Source of the DNA: Candidatus Cybelea sp.
GTDB lineage: Bacteria; Vulcanimicrobiota; Vulcanimicrobiia; Vulcanimicrobiales; Vulcanimicrobiaceae
Reading direction: 5' to 3'
NCBI GenBank assembly: GCA_036522095.1
Contig: DATDGN010000082.1
Span: 1-57,484 of the forward strand
Length of the DNA: 57,484 nt
This document shows, in pieces, positions 39,087-48,452 of the stretch (within the stretch, counting starts at the first letter, position 1; each line of letters opens with the position of its first letter). The notes below the pieces were generated by a model. The model saw nothing but the letters and a program-made list of their open reading frames with translations. It was not told the DNA's origin and made no database searches. The position numbers and the translations under genes are program-made.

Positions 39087-40511
39087 CTAGCTTCCCTCAT
39101 AGCACCAACTCACGCGCGCCGTGTAGGCTAGCGTAGAGCGCGAGTCGGCCGGAACGCGCACGTTCCAGGTCGCGGTAAATGCCGAGGTCTTGAGGTGCGG
39201 AACGTTTTCGTCCAGTATTTGCCATTCGCCCGGGATCGTTTCGACGACGTGCACGTTCTCAGCCCTCGTCTTCGCATTCGCGAGCACGATTTGATAGGAG
39301 CTCTCGGCTGAACAAGCGCTCGAGAGCCGAAACTCCGTCTGGCGCTTGCGGGCGGTCACGTCGAAGGAATCGCCGAGGTGCAGCCGCACCGTCTCGTTCC
39401 TCGGCGTGTGATCGATGCGATCGGATCCCATGAACTGCGAGAGCCCGCGAGCGTCGTTCTTGTAGAGGCGTACGATCCCGCCTGGCAGCGGAATGCCGAG
39501 ATCGCCGCCGCGGTTTTCGAACGTGACATATGCACCGACCGGCAGGCGATCGCCGATATCCGCGTAGGGGTTTCGGTAGTACTCGGGCGAGCCGCGCAGC
39601 TCGAGGGATTCGTGTATTGGGATTTTCTGCGCAGCGAGCAGCATCAGTTGCTTCGTCTGCCTGTCGAGAATGGTCGTCGGGCGCGCGAGGGTGTAGAGGT
39701 GATATTCGAAGTAGTTTTCCTGCTGTGCGCTTGACGTGACGCGCGCTATCGTTCGCATGACGTTTGGGCTAGGCGGCTCGACGACGTTGACGTTCCCCGC
39801 GACCAGCTGCAGGCGCGCGTTTTCATAGGACGCGCCGCTGGTGTTAGAGAGGGTCACCAGCCCCGTTAGGGCGAGGTGCCTTTGATCCGAAGTGACCACG
39901 CCGACATAATCCGCGCGCCAGCTGAGCCCGCTGGTGAGATAGCTGAGATCCAATGCCGCAGTCCCGGTCTCGCCGCTATCCAGGTCGAGATCCAGCGTGG
40001 GCCGGTCGCGGAAGTTCTTAGGCGAGGCGGGAAAGACGATGTAGCCGCGTAGCTGGGTTTCGATGCGGTCGCGATACTGTAGAACGATTCCGCCATTTAT
40101 GCTGAGGATCCGCGCCCTTTCCCGCGTATCGCGCTCGCCGGCGAAGCGCGCTTCGTGAACGACGGTGACCTCGCGGCCGACGTACTTGTCGAGCAGCGCG
40201 GACGGGTCGAGCAGATCGAAGTTGAAATTCTGCTCGACCACGTGGATCGCGTTTGCCGATCCGCTGCTATCCACCAATGCCGAGGTCGGGTCCATCTGGG
40301 CGCTGACGTCCCGCCAAGCAATGCGATTGAGGCCGTCGTACAGGCGTAAGGTTCGGCGATCGTGGATTAGCGCCGTCCCGCCGTTATAAACGGTCAGGTT
40401 GACGGATTGACTATCGGCAGTCGTTGTGGTCCGTTCGGGTGGATCCGCGATGATCTGGACCGGTATCGCGAAAAGTAGAAGCGCGACGGTTGTAAAGCGG
40501 ATGCGTTGCAT
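39087..40511 (-). CDS. DUF4139 domain protein (MuiA-like), secreted
   Basis: ATG 40511 (MQRIRFTTVALLLFAIPVQIIA signal). LTVYNGGTALIHDRR... and LDLSYLTSGLSWRADY are typical of DUF4139. Confidence 0.7.
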   Translation of the reverse strand: MQRIRFTTVALLLFAIPVQIIADPPERTTTTADSQSVNLTVYNGGTALIHDRRTLRLYDGLNRIAWRDVSAQMDPTSALVDSSGSANAIHVVEQNFNFDLLDPSALLDKYVGREVTVVHEARFAGERDTRERARILSINGGIVLQYRDRIETQLRGYIVFPASPKNFRDRPTLDLDLDSGETGTAALDLSYLTSGLSWRADYVGVVTSDQRHLALTGLVTLSNTSGASYENARLQLVAGNVNVVEPPSPNVMRTIARVTSSAQQENYFEYHLYTLARPTTILDRQTKQLMLLAAQKIPIHESLELRGSPEYYRNPYADIGDRLPVGAYVTFENRGGDLGIPLPGGIVRLYKNDARGLSQFMGSDRIDHTPRNETVRLHLGDSFDVTARKRQTEFRLSSACSAESSYQIVLANAKTRAENVHVVETIPGEWQILDENVPHLKTSAFTATWNVRVPADSRSTLAYTARVSWCYEGS

Positions 40512-40593
40512 GCGCCACCTCGATTCTGGCTTGATCCCATAACGAGCCATCGAGCACGAACGTGACGCGTCCCTTGTCACACTGAGCTCCTGT

Positions 40594-40618
40594 GTCGCCC
40601 TGAGTGACGAAGCAACGC
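40594..40618 (+). repeat. short interspersed element copy (degenerate)
   Basis: The sequence is gtcgccctgagtgacgaagcaacgc, preceded by a half-copy gtcacactgagc (40576-40587). It is intergenic. Confidence 0.4.
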
Positions 40619-40770
40619 ACTATCTCTGTTAACCACGACTTCACGGTGACGAGTTAAGAACAGTTTAATCGATCTTATCAAAGTCGCCTTTCCCCGCGTT
40701 GTGAAGCCAGATTGCTTTCTGCTAGCTTGAAGGCACGCTCGTCACTTCAAAGCTGGAGGGTCGTATCACA

Positions 40771-42714
40771 ATGCGTCGATTGGCTTCGCACATCGTATTT
40801 TTCACAGCGTCGTGCGCGCTGGCGGCTTGCGGAGGAGCGGGAGGAGGTTCCTCACTCACGCCTCTGACGTCGCAGGGCGCGCAACTCGGAGAGGCGGGAT
40901 CCGCCGCGCAACAGCTCGCGGATGCGGCATACCGTCAGAAAATAGCGGGCTTAGCGCGGTCGCGGATCAAGCACGTCTTCGTGCTCGTTCAAGAGAATCA
41001 CACCTTCGATCAGATCTATGGCCTGTTTCCAGGAGTGAACGGCCAGTACGTCGAGAACCTCGGCACGTATCTGGCCCAAGAATCGGACTGCCAGTACGAT
41101 CCACAGACTTATCTGTGCCAGCGTCCGTTCTTGATCTCGGCAAATCAAAGCAGTCCGAACTACGTTCCCGATGCCCCCGATATCAACGGCGGCAACAACG
41201 GCCGTTTCGATCAAGAGGCGTCGATCGACCGGGGCAAGATGGACGATTTCCTGGTGGACGCCGAGGCGGGAGCCCCGCCGCTCGGGCCGACGCCGAGCCC
41301 GCAGCAGATCGAGCAGCACAATGAGTCGATCGCCATCGAGGGCGTGTACGATTGCGACACGATACCCTACCTCTGGTACTATGCGAAGAACTTCGCGCTC
41401 TTCGATCACTACTTCCAAGCGAACACGGGCGACTCGACGCCGAGCAACATCCAGCTGTTCGCGGGTCAAACCGGACAAACGGAGGCCGCCGCGGGCGAAG
41501 GCATACTCTCGCTGCCGCTACCCAGCGGAGGAGGCTATACCGATGGCGTACCGATCTCTAACGACGACAACCCGCCGCCGGCGCAGCTGCGGTTTCCAGT
41601 GACGTCGTATACGGGAGATAGCAACACGTTCCAGAGTTACGCGACGATGCCCGTGTTGCTCAACCCGGAAATGGATCGCAAGGCTCAGAGCTCGCGAGTC
41701 GTCGGCTACATCGGCCGCGACATTCGCCGGGAAGGCAAGAGCGGACGCCAGTCATTCGACTGGGGGTGGTACGAAGAAGGGCTTTACACGGCCAACGCGG
41801 GCTTCTCCGCGCATCATACCGCACCGCTCTACTTCGACTACATCAACAACCCGCAGTCGGCCTTCGCCAGCAAGAAGACGCTGCGCGACAACGCGAAGGG
41901 TCGCGGTTTGATCTCGGACATCAGTAGCGGGAAGCTGCCGGGATCGGGCGTCTTTTGGGTCAAGGGCGGAAATGCGAATACCTACGGCTTCGTTCCGGCT
42001 GACTCAATCTTTACGAACAACCCATCCGGGAAGAAGTATTACGTCGGCGATGACGACCATCCCGGCAGCGGCAGCTCCGATCATCAGGTAGCCGAGGCGT
42101 ATCTCGCGCAAGTCATCAATGCGATCGCCAAAAGCAAGTACTGGAAGGACTCGGTCATCGTCGTGACCTGGGACGACAGCGGAGGCTTTTACGACCACCT
42201 CGCGCCGCCGGATTTTGGGCAGACGTGCCCGCAGGACAGGACGGGACCGGAAGAGGGTTACCCGTGCGGCGACGGCGTTCGTCTGCCGGCCCTAGTGATC
42301 TCGCCGTTCTCCAAGACCGGTGTCGTGGTCCACGACTTCGCCGATCACGGCTCCGTCTCGAAGATGATCGAGGCGATCTTCGGCGTGCCCAAGTTCTCCT
42401 CGCTGCCGGACGAGGCGAAGGGCGTTTCGGTGGGCCTGTCGCCGGCCGACGGCAATACCGGCACGTCGAACCTGTTCGATGCGCTCGACGCGCGCAAGCT
42501 TCGCGGCGGCGCAGAGAACCCGCCGTCGCTCGCGGAGATTCACTCGCCGAGTTCCCCGCCGAACATGAGCTGTGCCACGCTGGGCATAACGCCAATACAG
42601 TCTCCGGCATCGCTGCCTCCCATGTACGAGACCGCTGGGTACTATCTACACCAGCAGCTCGGGGGGTCGCGCCACGCGGTGATGTTACCGCGGCGCAGGG
42701 ACGACGACGATTAG
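40771..42714 (+). CDS. phosphoesterase-family (PLC-like) lipoprotein, divergent copy 7
   Basis: There is a GGAGGG RBS and a lipobox (LAACGGAGGG). Motifs are IKHVFVLVQENHTFDQIYGLFPG, GKMDDF, SSDHQ, TWDDSGGFYDH and GVRLP. It is larger (647 aa) than copies 1-6. Confidence 0.82.
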   Translation: MRRLASHIVFFTASCALAACGGAGGGSSLTPLTSQGAQLGEAGSAAQQLADAAYRQKIAGLARSRIKHVFVLVQENHTFDQIYGLFPGVNGQYVENLGTYLAQESDCQYDPQTYLCQRPFLISANQSSPNYVPDAPDINGGNNGRFDQEASIDRGKMDDFLVDAEAGAPPLGPTPSPQQIEQHNESIAIEGVYDCDTIPYLWYYAKNFALFDHYFQANTGDSTPSNIQLFAGQTGQTEAAAGEGILSLPLPSGGGYTDGVPISNDDNPPPAQLRFPVTSYTGDSNTFQSYATMPVLLNPEMDRKAQSSRVVGYIGRDIRREGKSGRQSFDWGWYEEGLYTANAGFSAHHTAPLYFDYINNPQSAFASKKTLRDNAKGRGLISDISSGKLPGSGVFWVKGGNANTYGFVPADSIFTNNPSGKKYYVGDDDHPGSGSSDHQVAEAYLAQVINAIAKSKYWKDSVIVVTWDDSGGFYDHLAPPDFGQTCPQDRTGPEEGYPCGDGVRLPALVISPFSKTGVVVHDFADHGSVSKMIEAIFGVPKFSSLPDEAKGVSVGLSPADGNTGTSNLFDALDARKLRGGAENPPSLAEIHSPSSPPNMSCATLGITPIQSPASLPPMYETAGYYLHQQLGGSRHAVMLPRRRDDDD

Positions 42715-42737
42715 GATTCCGGACTAGCCTTACTTAT

Positions 42738-42771
42738 GTCTTCCTGAGCGCAGCGAGCGAAGTCGAAGGAC
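42738..42771 (+). repeat. short interspersed element copy (variant)
   Basis: The sequence is gtcttcctgagcgcagcgagcgaagtcgaaggac, just upstream of the terminator hairpin. Confidence 0.55.
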
Positions 42772-42774
42772 AAA

Positions 42775-42811
42775 GGGGACCCCGGTGCATCCCGCCGGGC
42801 TCCCCTATTTT
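42775..42811 (+). terminator. rho-independent terminator, probably bidirectional
   Basis: The hairpin is GGGGACCCCGG-tgcatcccg-CCGGGCTCCCC (11-bp stem with one C-C mismatch) followed by TATTTT. On the other strand it directly follows the stop of the 42805..43119 gene and is followed by TTTG. Confidence 0.55.
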
Positions 42812-43119
42812 GGGTCCTCTTGCTCTGGCGCGATATGGAAGTACAAGTTGAAAACTTGATTGCTGCTACGGTCGACGAAATCCGCGAGAGCCTCGCCGAT
42901 CACTTTATCCCACACGCTGCGGCCCCAGGTGTCCTTCGACTCCCACCTTGAAAGAACCATGAGCCGGGTTCGCTTTTCGTTCGTAAAACAATCCGTACCC
43001 AGCCACCCCGGCACCGACGGCAAGTGTTTCAAGACCTGCTTCACGCGCGCCAACATTTCATCAAGTTGTTCCGGAACGATATCAAACGACCATGTTGCCA
43101 TCACTGGTGCGACGCTCAT
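42805..43119 (-). CDS. antibiotic-biosynthesis-monooxygenase (ABM) domain-like small protein
   Basis: 104 aa. LMVLSRWESKDTW is ABM-like. Confidence 0.55.
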   Translation of the reverse strand: MSVAPVMATWSFDIVPEQLDEMLARVKQVLKHLPSVPGWLGTDCFTNEKRTRLMVLSRWESKDTWGRSVWDKVIGEALADFVDRSSNQVFNLYFHIAPEQEDPK

Positions 43120-43139
43120 CTTCAGCGACTTCTCGGAGT

Positions 43140-43171
43140 GTCATCCTGAGCCTGTCGAAAGGACGAAGGAC
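43140..43171 (+). repeat. short interspersed element copy (GTCAYCCTGAGC...GTCGAAGG family)
   Basis: The sequence is gtcatcctgagcctgtcgaaaggacgaaggac, intergenic between the ABM and hydrolase genes. It is nearly identical to the reverse complement of 50431..50455. Confidence 0.6.
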
Positions 43172-43201
43172 GAAATTGGCTGGCGGCTAAGTGCGGAACG
43201 T

Positions 43202-44242
43202 ATGCTTGCTGCCCGCGCGATAGCCGTACTACTCGCCGTGACTCTCCACGGCGTCACCGTCCCGGTGACGACGACGCCGCAGCCGGACAACTCGGGGCGC
43301 CTGGCGGATCGCGAATTCTTGGTCCGCAGGGCGCTGGGCGAGGGGTATGCCCGCTATTTCGGCACCGCGTCGCTCGACGGCGACGCGACCGTCACGCGCG
43401 CGATCGTCGTGGTGCACGGCGTGTTGCGCGATGCGGATTACTACTACGACACGGGCGTCATCGCCGCCAACGCCGCCCACGCGCTGAACGACACGCTGGT
43501 GATCGCCCCGCAATTCGTCGAGAAGAGCGACCTGGCCGGTCATGCGGTGTCGCCGCAGACGCTCTACTGGAGCTCCCAGTGGCCCGGCGGGTCCGACGCA
43601 ATCGCGCCGGCGCCGATCAGCACCTACGACGTCTTCGATGCGATCGTCGTACGGCTGTCCGATCCGGCGCGCTTCCCGCGGCTGCGCGAGATAATGATCG
43701 CCGGCCATTCCGCGGGCGGCCAGATCGTCCAGCGCTATGCGGTCGTGGGGAAAGCGCCGCAGCTCGACGGCGGCCGCGTGCCCGTGCGCCTCATCGTCTC
43801 GAATCCGTCATCCTACCTGTATTTTACCGACTGGCGGCCGAATCCGCAGCCCAACTGCGCGGACTTTGACGCATGGCGTTATGGCTTGCGCGGCGCTCCG
43901 CGCTACGTCACCGGCGTCGCCGCCCAGCTGGAAGCGCGTTACGTGCGCCGCCGCGTGGTCTACCTGATGGGAACCGCAGACGTCAATCCCAACGAAGACG
44001 ACCTCGATCGTACCTGTGGAGGAGAAGCGCAGGGACCGTACCGTTTCGCCCGCGCCAAGCAGTACATCGCGTACATCGGCCGGCGGCACCCGGAGGGAAC
44101 CGCCCAACGGTACGCGTTCGTGAAGGGCGTGCCGCACGACAACCGCCGCATGTTCACGTCGGCCTGCGGGCTCGCGGCGATCTTCGGCGGCAACGCCTCG
44201 TCGTGCGCGGCACACGGAGGCATCGACGCTGCGGCTCCGTAG
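43202..44242 (+). CDS. secreted alpha/beta hydrolase
   Basis: ATG 43202 (MLAARAIAVLLAVTL signal) lies inside ORF 42860..44242. The nucleophile elbow is IAGHSAGG. Confidence 0.68.
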   Translation: MLAARAIAVLLAVTLHGVTVPVTTTPQPDNSGRLADREFLVRRALGEGYARYFGTASLDGDATVTRAIVVVHGVLRDADYYYDTGVIAANAAHALNDTLVIAPQFVEKSDLAGHAVSPQTLYWSSQWPGGSDAIAPAPISTYDVFDAIVVRLSDPARFPRLREIMIAGHSAGGQIVQRYAVVGKAPQLDGGRVPVRLIVSNPSSYLYFTDWRPNPQPNCADFDAWRYGLRGAPRYVTGVAAQLEARYVRRRVVYLMGTADVNPNEDDLDRTCGGEAQGPYRFARAKQYIAYIGRRHPEGTAQRYAFVKGVPHDNRRMFTSACGLAAIFGGNASSCAAHGGIDAAAP

Positions 44243-44341
44243 CGGACCTCCAGCGGGCGGCCTATTCCTGTGCTGGAACGGACGGCTCGGGCACCGAACG
44301 TTGCTAGCCGCTAGTCCATTGCGCTCCGGGAGGCGTTGCAC

Positions 44342-45310
44342 ATGAGGACGTTGTTGCACTTCGCGCTTTATGTCGGCTCGGCCGCCGCGCTGCTTGCGGG
44401 ATGCGGCGTCCTTCCCGGGATGCCGCAAAGCCGCTCCGTCCCCGCCCACGCCGGTGGCAGCGCGGTCCCGAGCTATCTGTATGTCGCCGACCCCGTGCTG
44501 CATGCAGTCGTCGCGTTCGACGGAAGCGGCAACGAGGTAGCCGAGAAAAAGTTCAATGGTCCCTTACCGGAAGACGTCGTCACCGATAGCCGGGGGCACG
44601 TCTACGTCAACGTATTCACTACAAGCGGCTCCACGTCGGTGCAGGAGTATACGCATGACCTTGGCCGCCTAATCGCCGTTTATCGTCCGTTTGGGTTGAC
44701 TTATACGATGGCAGTCGACGCGAGCGACAACCTCTACGTTGAAAGTCAATCGGCCGAAGGGTTTGAGCAGAACATACTCAGGTATCCCTATGGTTCGACT
44801 CGAGCCCGGCATAACTACCGCATCCGGAAGCGTTCGACTTGGACCACTACTATGGCCGGCATCTCCGTGCGCGGAAACGCTTTGTACACAATGATAATAT
44901 TTTCGGCTCCGGTAGAGCCGCTGATACGCCAGTGCTTTGTAAATGGCTCAGGCGAATGCCATGACGTAAGGACGGGAGGCCCGAACTCTGCGACGTGCGG
45001 CTTTACGACAGCGAATCGGCACGAAGTCTACGGCATAGCCGTTTCCTCAACGAACAAAATAGAGTATGACACGATCAAGAGGAGCTGGTCCAAAACGCAC
45101 CATGACATTGATCTCCCACCGGGCTACGGCCTCGGAGTCCAATGCAACTTCCATAGTTACAAGGGCGATGTCTGGACTACAGTCCAAGGCTCAAAACTTG
45201 CAGAAGCTCTTGAGGTTGACGTCGATCATCGAAAGGTCATAGATGCGGTCGGCGCGGGATACCTCAAACACCCGACGGCCGCGTATTATGGGAACGGCTT
45301 GAGCGAATGA
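44342..45310 (+). CDS. lipoprotein, beta-propeller-like, unknown function
   Basis: The ATG at 44342 is 9 nt after GGGAGG (the TTG at 44336 is also possible). It has a lipobox (LLAGCG). The region has lower GC. Confidence 0.6.
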   Translation: MRTLLHFALYVGSAAALLAGCGVLPGMPQSRSVPAHAGGSAVPSYLYVADPVLHAVVAFDGSGNEVAEKKFNGPLPEDVVTDSRGHVYVNVFTTSGSTSVQEYTHDLGRLIAVYRPFGLTYTMAVDASDNLYVESQSAEGFEQNILRYPYGSTRARHNYRIRKRSTWTTTMAGISVRGNALYTMIIFSAPVEPLIRQCFVNGSGECHDVRTGGPNSATCGFTTANRHEVYGIAVSSTNKIEYDTIKRSWSKTHHDIDLPPGYGLGVQCNFHSYKGDVWTTVQGSKLAEALEVDVDHRKVIDAVGAGYLKHPTAAYYGNGLSE

Positions 45311-45374
45311 AACACCACGAGCGTAGTCGAACGACGGAGGGTGACTAAGCCATGTCGTCCAAAGCGGCGGAGCG

Positions 45375-46067
45375 ATGGCAAATGCAACACCAGAAAAGTT
45401 CACCGGTTTCTCGCCGCAGGCGCTCAAGTTTCTTCGCGACCTGAAGAAGAATAACGACCGCGCGTGGTTTGCCCCTCGCAAAGAGCTCTACGAGCGTGAG
45501 TGCCTGGCGCCGCTGCGTGCGCTGACGGTCGACCTTGCGAGCGCTCTGCGTAAAGCCCGGATCCCGATCGACGCCGATCCGTCGCGCGTGGGATTCCGCA
45601 TCTATCGCGACGTGCGCTTTTCGCGCGACAAGAGCCCCTACAAGACCAACCTCGGAACGTACCTGCCGTACCGCGGCGTTCGCGGCGCGCCCGGCGGCCT
45701 CTACATCCACATCGCGCCGAAGGAATCGTTCGCGGTCGCGGGCTTCTACCAGCTCGACAAGGAGCCGCTGCAACGGTGGCGCGAGGCAATGGCTTCAGAT
45801 CCGAAGCGCTTTCAAACCGTATTGCGCAGCCTGCAACGCAACGGACTCGCGCCGTCCGAAGAGCATGCAGCGCTCAAGCGCATGCCGCGCGGCTTCGAAG
45901 CGCTCGCCGAGAGCCCGATCGCGGCCTATTTCAAAATCGGCACGTTCATGCTGAGCGAGAAGCTCTCCGACGTGGACGTCGCCGGCAAGGGGTTGATCGA
46001 AAGAAGCATCGCGTTGGTCAAGAACGCCAAACCGTTGCTCGAGTACGGCTGGGACGTGCTCGGGTAG
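45375..46067 (+). CDS. DUF2461 (TIGR02453) family protein
   Basis: FTGFSPQALKFLRDLKKNNDRAWF and RIYRDVRFSRDKSPYKT are family signatures. Confidence 0.8.
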   Translation: MANATPEKFTGFSPQALKFLRDLKKNNDRAWFAPRKELYERECLAPLRALTVDLASALRKARIPIDADPSRVGFRIYRDVRFSRDKSPYKTNLGTYLPYRGVRGAPGGLYIHIAPKESFAVAGFYQLDKEPLQRWREAMASDPKRFQTVLRSLQRNGLAPSEEHAALKRMPRGFEALAESPIAAYFKIGTFMLSEKLSDVDVAGKGLIERSIALVKNAKPLLEYGWDVLG

Positions 46068-46170
46068 AAAGGCTTCTCAACCGGCAATTCCTCGGTGAGG
46101 GACCCGTATCTTTTCCGCGGGCCCAGTCGTCTTCATCGCAGATAACCGACACACTTACAGGAGAACTGCC

Positions 46171-46923
46171 ATGAGCGACCGTCCAACCAACGCCCCTCCG
46201 GTCGTAAGCCCGCAGGACTGGGAGGCGGCACGCGAAGCGCTGCTCGTGAAAGAGAAGTCCGTGACGCGCGCCCGCGACGCGCTAGCGGCCGAGCGCCGGC
46301 GCATGCCGTGGCTGGAAGTGAAGAAGAACTACCAATTCGAGGGCCCGAACGGCCGCGCCGGCCTGCTCGGTCTATTCGAGGGCCGCAAGCAGCTGGTCGT
46401 CTATCGCGCCTTCTTCGAGCCCGGCGTCTTCGGCTGGCCCGACCACGCCTGTCGCGGCTGCTCGATGTGCGCGGATCAAGTCGCGCACGTCGCGCACCTC
46501 AACGCCCGCGACACCACGCTCGCGTTCGCATCGCGCGCACCCCAGGCCGATATCGCCCGTCTCAAAACACGGATGGGCTGGCACATGCCGTGGTACACGA
46601 TGACCGATGACTTCGACAAAGACTTCGGCGTCGACCAGTGGCACGGCACCAACGTGTTCTTCCGCGACGGCGACCGCGTGTACCGCACGTACTTCGTCAA
46701 CAACCGCGGCGACGAGGCGATGGGCGGCACCTGGGCCTACCTCGACATCACCGCGCTCGGGCGCCAAGAGAACTGGGAGGACTCGCCCGCGGGCTACCCG
46801 CAAACGCCCCCGTACCAGTGGTGGAATTGGCACGACAACTACAGCGCGGCGCCGGTGGACGAGCGCTGGAAAGAAGTCAGCGACTCGGCACTCGAGGTCA
46901 TGCGAGCCGGTAAAGCGACATGA
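46171..46923 (+). CDS. DUF899 thioredoxin-like family protein
   Basis: EKSVTRARDALAAERRRMPW, QLVVYRAFF and the CRGCSMCAD motif are present, with an AGGAGA RBS. Confidence 0.8.
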   Translation: MSDRPTNAPPVVSPQDWEAAREALLVKEKSVTRARDALAAERRRMPWLEVKKNYQFEGPNGRAGLLGLFEGRKQLVVYRAFFEPGVFGWPDHACRGCSMCADQVAHVAHLNARDTTLAFASRAPQADIARLKTRMGWHMPWYTMTDDFDKDFGVDQWHGTNVFFRDGDRVYRTYFVNNRGDEAMGGTWAYLDITALGRQENWEDSPAGYPQTPPYQWWNWHDNYSAAPVDERWKEVSDSALEVMRAGKAT

Positions 46924-47015
46924 TCCTCATCGCTCATGTCATGGGCCTTCCGCTCGAAGAGATGCTCCTACCCTTGCTCGCGATTGCCGCCACGCTGGCG
47001 CGCTTGCTGCGGTGA
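46920..47015 (+). CDS. 31-aa hydrophobic small ORF, translationally coupled on both sides
   Basis: The peptide is MILIAHVMGLPLEEMLLPLLAIAATLARLLR. Its ATG overlaps the DUF899 stop (ATGA), and its TGA overlaps an in-frame GTG of the sigma gene (GTGA). It is below the ORF-track size cutoff. Confidence 0.35.
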   Translation: MILIAHVMGLPLEEMLLPLLAIAATLARLLR

Positions 47016-47038
47016 CCACTCGAGGCGAAACGCGCGCC

Positions 47039-47932
47039 ATGCTGCCCGCGATGGCGGAGGCGCGCGACCGGTTCATGGAGCTCGTCGACGAGATTCGGCC
47101 GGAGCTCCATCGGTACTGCGCCCGCATGACGGGCTCGGTTTTCGACGGTGAAGACGTCGTCCAAGACACGCTGGCAAAAGCCTACTACGCACTGGGCCAG
47201 ATGCGGGAGCCGCCCAACCTGCGGCCCTGGCTCTTCCGGATCGCACACAACACCGCTATGGACTTTCTCAAACGCTACGAACGCAAGCACGTGGAGCTCG
47301 TCCCCGACGTTCCCGACGGCGCCGAGGCCGAGGAGAACGGCGTAGATCCCGAGCTCGTGGAAGCGGCACTGTCCGTCTTCGTCGAGCTTCCGCCCGTTCA
47401 GCGCAGCGCGCTCATTTTGAAGGACGTCCTCGGGCAGTCGCTCGAGGAGGTGGCGACGACGATGGAAACGAGCGTCGGCGCCGTCAAAGCGGCGCTGTCG
47501 AGGGGGCGCACCAACATCGCGCGCACGCCGCGCGCCGCGCTGGCACAACCGGCGCGCCACGCATCGAGGCAGGAGCAGGCGACGCTGCGACGCTACGTAG
47601 ACCTCTTCAACGACCGCGATTGGGACGCGCTTCGCGCGCTGCTGGCCGCGGAGGCGCGACTCTATCAGGTGTCGCTGGTGCAGCGCAAGGTTGCCGACGC
47701 AGGGTACTTCGATCGCTACGCCGAGGTTCTCAAGAAGGAAGACATTCGCGCGCAGGCCGGCTACGTCGACGGCGTTGCCGCCATCGCGATGTTCCGTCGG
47801 GCGAGCAGCAACGTTCCGGCATACTTCGTCCTCCTCAAACTGGAAAACGGCCACATATCCGAGATCCGCGACTTCCGCTACGTCCCCTACATCGCCACCG
47901 ACGCACGCTTCACCCCGGTATTGTCAGCCTGA
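47039..47932 (+). CDS. ECF-type sigma-70 factor with C-terminal NTF2/SnoaL-like extension
   Basis: Region 2 (DVVQDTLAKAY...RPWLFRIAHNTAMDFLKRYERK) and region 4 (VQRSALILKDVLGQSLEEVATTMETSVGAVKAALSRGR) are followed by an about 110-aa tail (YVDLFNDRDWDAL...). The start could also be GTG 47012. The upstream part of ORF 46607.. is a shadow. Confidence 0.8.
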   Translation: MLPAMAEARDRFMELVDEIRPELHRYCARMTGSVFDGEDVVQDTLAKAYYALGQMREPPNLRPWLFRIAHNTAMDFLKRYERKHVELVPDVPDGAEAEENGVDPELVEAALSVFVELPPVQRSALILKDVLGQSLEEVATTMETSVGAVKAALSRGRTNIARTPRAALAQPARHASRQEQATLRRYVDLFNDRDWDALRALLAAEARLYQVSLVQRKVADAGYFDRYAEVLKKEDIRAQAGYVDGVAAIAMFRRASSNVPAYFVLLKLENGHISEIRDFRYVPYIATDARFTPVLSA

Positions 47933-47936
47933 GGAT

Positions 47937-48398
47937 CTAACCCGATATGCCGTTCGCCATCAGTGCGGCGCACAGCGGGAGCAACACGAACAGGCCGATC
48001 TGGACCCAAAGTAGCATCCGTAACCGGCGGTACTCGCCGTCGTCCAGCACGATCGACCCGTCAGCACCGAGACGCTGGTCCCAGCGCAAATACGCCATGG
48101 TCGGCGCGATCGAGATGAGCGCGATGCTTACGAAGATCACCATCTTCATCCAAAAGATCGCGTTGTGGGCATAATACGCAGCGCCCTTCTCACCGAAGAA
48201 CACCAGCAACAAGCCCGTTAGGATGACGAGACCCGCCACCATCCCGTAGTATCGGTCGACACCCCGCAGCTGCGCCATCCCCTCGCGCGAAAACGATTGC
48301 TTCAGCAGAAACGCCTCGCCGGCCAAGAGGCTGGCGAGCACGAAGATACAGACGAAGTGGGCGAAGTGGAGCAGCGCGTCGCGCGTGATGATCGACAT
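47937..48398 (-). CDS. DUF2214-like integral membrane protein
   Basis: 153 aa with 4 TM helices. The family assignment is from memory only. Confidence 0.6.
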   Translation of the reverse strand: MSIITRDALLHFAHFVCIFVLASLLAGEAFLLKQSFSREGMAQLRGVDRYYGMVAGLVILTGLLLVFFGEKGAAYYAHNAIFWMKMVIFVSIALISIAPTMAYLRWDQRLGADGSIVLDDGEYRRLRMLLWVQIGLFVLLPLCAALMANGISG

Positions 48399-48452
48399 GC
48401 GCGCAGCCTACGGTGAGGCGGACTTTCCGTCCTCTAAATCCAAAGGTCGTCT

